Shown: positions 61,679-64,000 of the stretch, in pieces
Position numbering within the stretch: the stretch's first letter is position 1
How the letters are laid out: each line of letters opens with the position of its first letter
Origin: a virus
Strand: one strand, 5' to 3'
Virus record (IMG/VR): IMGVR_UViG_3300027805_000012
Coordinates: 4,421-68,420 of that record
Length of the DNA stretch: 64,000 bases
The notes under the pieces: model-generated
The model's database searches: none
What the model saw: the letters and a program-made list of their open reading frames with translations, nothing else
What the model was told of the DNA's origin: nothing
Position numbers and translations under genes: made by a program

Positions 61679-63289
61679 ATGTCAAACGTCTACGCAAACT
61701 TTGCCAACGCCAACACGACCAAGGCTTCCAAGGTCGTGACTCCGCAGTCTCAGGCCATCCCGGGCCGTGAGGCCGACATGAAGCGCAACAATGCCGGCGG
61801 CGTGACCTTCACGCTCGACCAGTGGGGCGTCCTGGACCGCTTCCTGATGATCGGTTCGGAGGGCGGCAACTACTACGTCGGCGAGCGTGACATCACCAAG
61901 CAGAGCTTCGACACCGTCAAGAAGTGCCTGAAGGAAGACGGTCTCCGTGCGGTCAACCGTGCCCTCGAGTACTCGCTTGCTGGTCGCGCCCCGAAGAACG
62001 ATCCGGCTGTCGTCGCCATCGCTCTCGCGGCAGTGTACGGCGACGACGTCACCAAGGCGGCAGCCTACGAGGCACTACCAAAGATCGCCCGCACCGGTAC
62101 ATGGCTCTTCCTGTTCGTCTCGATCCTCGACGCCCTCGGTAAGTGGAACGCGGCAGCGAAGCGCGGTGTTGCCAAGTGGTATACCAACAAGGACATGGAT
62201 CGCCTGGCAGTTCAGCTCCTGAAGTACCAGTCACGCAACGGCTGGGCACACCGTGACGTGCTCCGTCTGGCACACGTCAAGCCGACGAACGAGGTTCAGT
62301 CAAACCTGTTCCGTTACGCCGTGGGCAAGGACCTGGCGCTCGGTGCAGCCGTACCTCAGCTGCTGATCGACTTCGAGATGCTGAAGCGCACCGACTCCAA
62401 GAAGGACGTGCTACGCATTGTCGAGAGCAACGACAACGTCACCTGGGAAATGGTGCCGACTCAGTGGCTCAAGGACAAGGACATCATGCTCGCCCTCGTG
62501 CGCAACATGGGTCTGACTGCCGTGATCCGCAAGCTTGGTGTTCTGACCCAGAACGGCGTCATCGCCCCGCTATCGGAAGGCGCGAAGCTGGTGATTAGCA
62601 AGCTGAACGACGCCGAGTCGCTCAAGAAGCAGCGCGTTCACCCGATCACGATCCTGCAGGCCATGAAGCAGTACTCGGCTGGTCGTGGCCAGAAGGGTTC
62701 AGCAACGTGGAAGCCGGAGCAGCGAGTCGTCGACGCTCTCGACAGCGCGTTCTACGCGGCGTTCGAGTACGGCGAGAAGTCGGATGAGTCGTACCTGCTG
62801 GGTGTCGACTGCTCTGGTTCGATGTTCGCCGCGCAGGTCAACGGTTCTCCGAACCTGACGGCTGCGGAAGTCGCTGGTGTGATGGCCCTCGCGGTCGTCA
62901 AGAACCAGCCGAACTACTGGATCGGTGGCTTCAACACTAAGATGAGCGAGCTCAAGATCACGCCGAACATGCGTCTCGACAAGGTTCTGGAGGTGATGAA
63001 CCGCTTCAACTGGGGCGGCACCGACTGCGCGCAAGTTTACCTCCATGCTTCAGCGATGGGCATGAAGGTTGATCGCTTTGTCAGCATCACCGATTCAGAA
63101 ACGTGGGCAGGCGGCGTCCAGCCGGTGCAGGCGTTGCGAGACTACCGAAAGAAGTTCAATCCAGGAGCCAAGGGTGTTGTCATTGGGACGAGCGTCAGCG
63201 AATTCACAATCGCAGATCCCAAGGATGCGGGAATGTTGGACGTGGCGGGGTTCGATTCAGCTGCGCCGCAAATCATCGCTAACTTCTGA
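61679..63289 (+). CDS. rsr: Ro60/TROVE-domain RNA-binding protein
   Basis: 'NNAGG', 'LDRFL.IGS..G.YY', 'KYQSRNGWAHRDVLRLAH', 'IRKLG', 'VHP', vWA 'VDCSGSM', 'GGTDC', 'ITDSET', 'AGFDS'. Confidence 0.96.
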   Translation: MSNVYANFANANTTKASKVVTPQSQAIPGREADMKRNNAGGVTFTLDQWGVLDRFLMIGSEGGNYYVGERDITKQSFDTVKKCLKEDGLRAVNRALEYSLAGRAPKNDPAVVAIALAAVYGDDVTKAAAYEALPKIARTGTWLFLFVSILDALGKWNAAAKRGVAKWYTNKDMDRLAVQLLKYQSRNGWAHRDVLRLAHVKPTNEVQSNLFRYAVGKDLALGAAVPQLLIDFEMLKRTDSKKDVLRIVESNDNVTWEMVPTQWLKDKDIMLALVRNMGLTAVIRKLGVLTQNGVIAPLSEGAKLVISKLNDAESLKKQRVHPITILQAMKQYSAGRGQKGSATWKPEQRVVDALDSAFYAAFEYGEKSDESYLLGVDCSGSMFAAQVNGSPNLTAAEVAGVMALAVVKNQPNYWIGGFNTKMSELKITPNMRLDKVLEVMNRFNWGGTDCAQVYLHASAMGMKVDRFVSITDSETWAGGVQPVQALRDYRKKFNPGAKGVVIGTSVSEFTIADPKDAGMLDVAGFDSAAPQIIANF

Positions 63290-63296
63290 TCGATGA

Positions 63297-63326
63297 GAAG
63301 AAGCCCTCAAAGAGGGCTTCTTTCGT
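63297..63326 (+). terminator. Rho-independent terminator after rsr
   Basis: aagaagccctc-aaa-gagggcttctt followed by T; second hairpin at 63329-63359. Confidence 0.85.
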
Positions 63327-63539
63327 TACTGAACAACTCGAGCCTTTTGAGTTGTTCAGACGCGCAGGCATCATTTGCAGATTGCTGATTTTATTGAAGA
63401 CTGACAAATAATCCTCTATGCTAACAATCATTCACCTAGACCCTCTGAACCGCATGGTTCGGTTGGGCCTCGGTAGAAACAACGGCCGCTGGTTCGCCAG
63501 GGTTGACCTCTGGTGGGTCGGTGTTCGGATAACAAAGCC

Positions 63540-63836
63540 ATGAAGATCAAGTCCCGTCACCCAACCTCCATAGACGCCATCGTCCTCGACCTTCTTCAGA
63601 CCTTATCTTCTGAAGATCTAGCCTTCGTAGCATCAAGGCAGCCAGATTTTGGCTGCCTCGGGCGCCACATTCGAAACCACTATGGGCTGTGGAATCCCGA
63701 TCATCCTCTCACCAAGAACTGGCACTCCAATCCGGCAGGTCGGACCATCGTAGATGGGATCGACCACTCCATTGACCACCCTGACAACGTGGCGGGCGCC
63801 ATCATTGAGAGGCTCAGGACATACCTGGTAGTGTGA
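63540..63836 (+). CDS. Hypothetical protein
   Basis: 'GRHIRNHYGLW', 'HPDN.A..II'. Confidence 0.7.
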   Translation: MKIKSRHPTSIDAIVLDLLQTLSSEDLAFVASRQPDFGCLGRHIRNHYGLWNPDHPLTKNWHSNPAGRTIVDGIDHSIDHPDNVAGAIIERLRTYLVV

Positions 63837-64000
63837 CCTGAAAAGTTGGCTTTTTTTAGCCAACCTCTATAAATAAGCGCAATAGAGCCAATAGAGCTCT
63901 GAAAGATTGTGGGAATCCACCCGCAACGGTAACGGCGACGTATCACCGTGAGTCTTTGACCGTGCAACGCGGTTCGAGCATTTCGGAATGGTGATATGCA

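Noticed and set aside
1-64000. Complete diversity-generating retroelement
   Set aside because: No reverse transcriptase motif (YxDD) or non-coding template repeat was seen in the window; only the target-like signature is reported.

Overview
This is a 64-kb segment of a large T4-related (myovirus-type, probably jumbo) bacteriophage genome in the standard genetic code. Bases 1-22.4k hold virion and replication genes: a portal gp20 that appears to contain an intein (truncated at the window edge), a tape-measure-like protein, gp26/gp51-like hub proteins, a Holliday junction resolvase, gp46/gp47, late sigma factor gp55, baseplate genes and two tandem LRR paralogues. Bases 22.4k-48.5k form an accessory region with a HAD phosphatase, PBP7-like peptidase, GNAT, BI-1/YccA, metallophosphatase, CCA-adding enzyme, class II aldolase, Hsp20, HD hydrolase, lipoprotein, RNA ligase, several homing endonucleases and many small ORFs with T4-like capsid-targeting N-termini. 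Bases 48.5k-52.75k hold about 18 readable tRNAs interleaved with about 6 aberrant tRNA-like RNAs and about 4 other structured RNAs, preceded by an attenuator-like leader. Bases 52.8k-64k encode an ExbB/ExbD-like membrane operon, two holin-like genes, a saccharopine-dehydrogenase-like enzyme, NUDIX, HNH and a Ro60/TROVE protein. The strongest candidates for an undescribed system are RNA-centred. One is an unusually long (~305 nt) Y-RNA-like RNA with a Ro-binding-type bulged-C helix directly upstream of the phage Ro60 gene. The other is a family of tRNA-shaped RNAs whose anticodon domain is extended, replaced or displayed in isolation, encoded together with an RNA-repair toolkit. All RNA structures were folded by eye and protein assignments come from remembered motifs; no searches were run.
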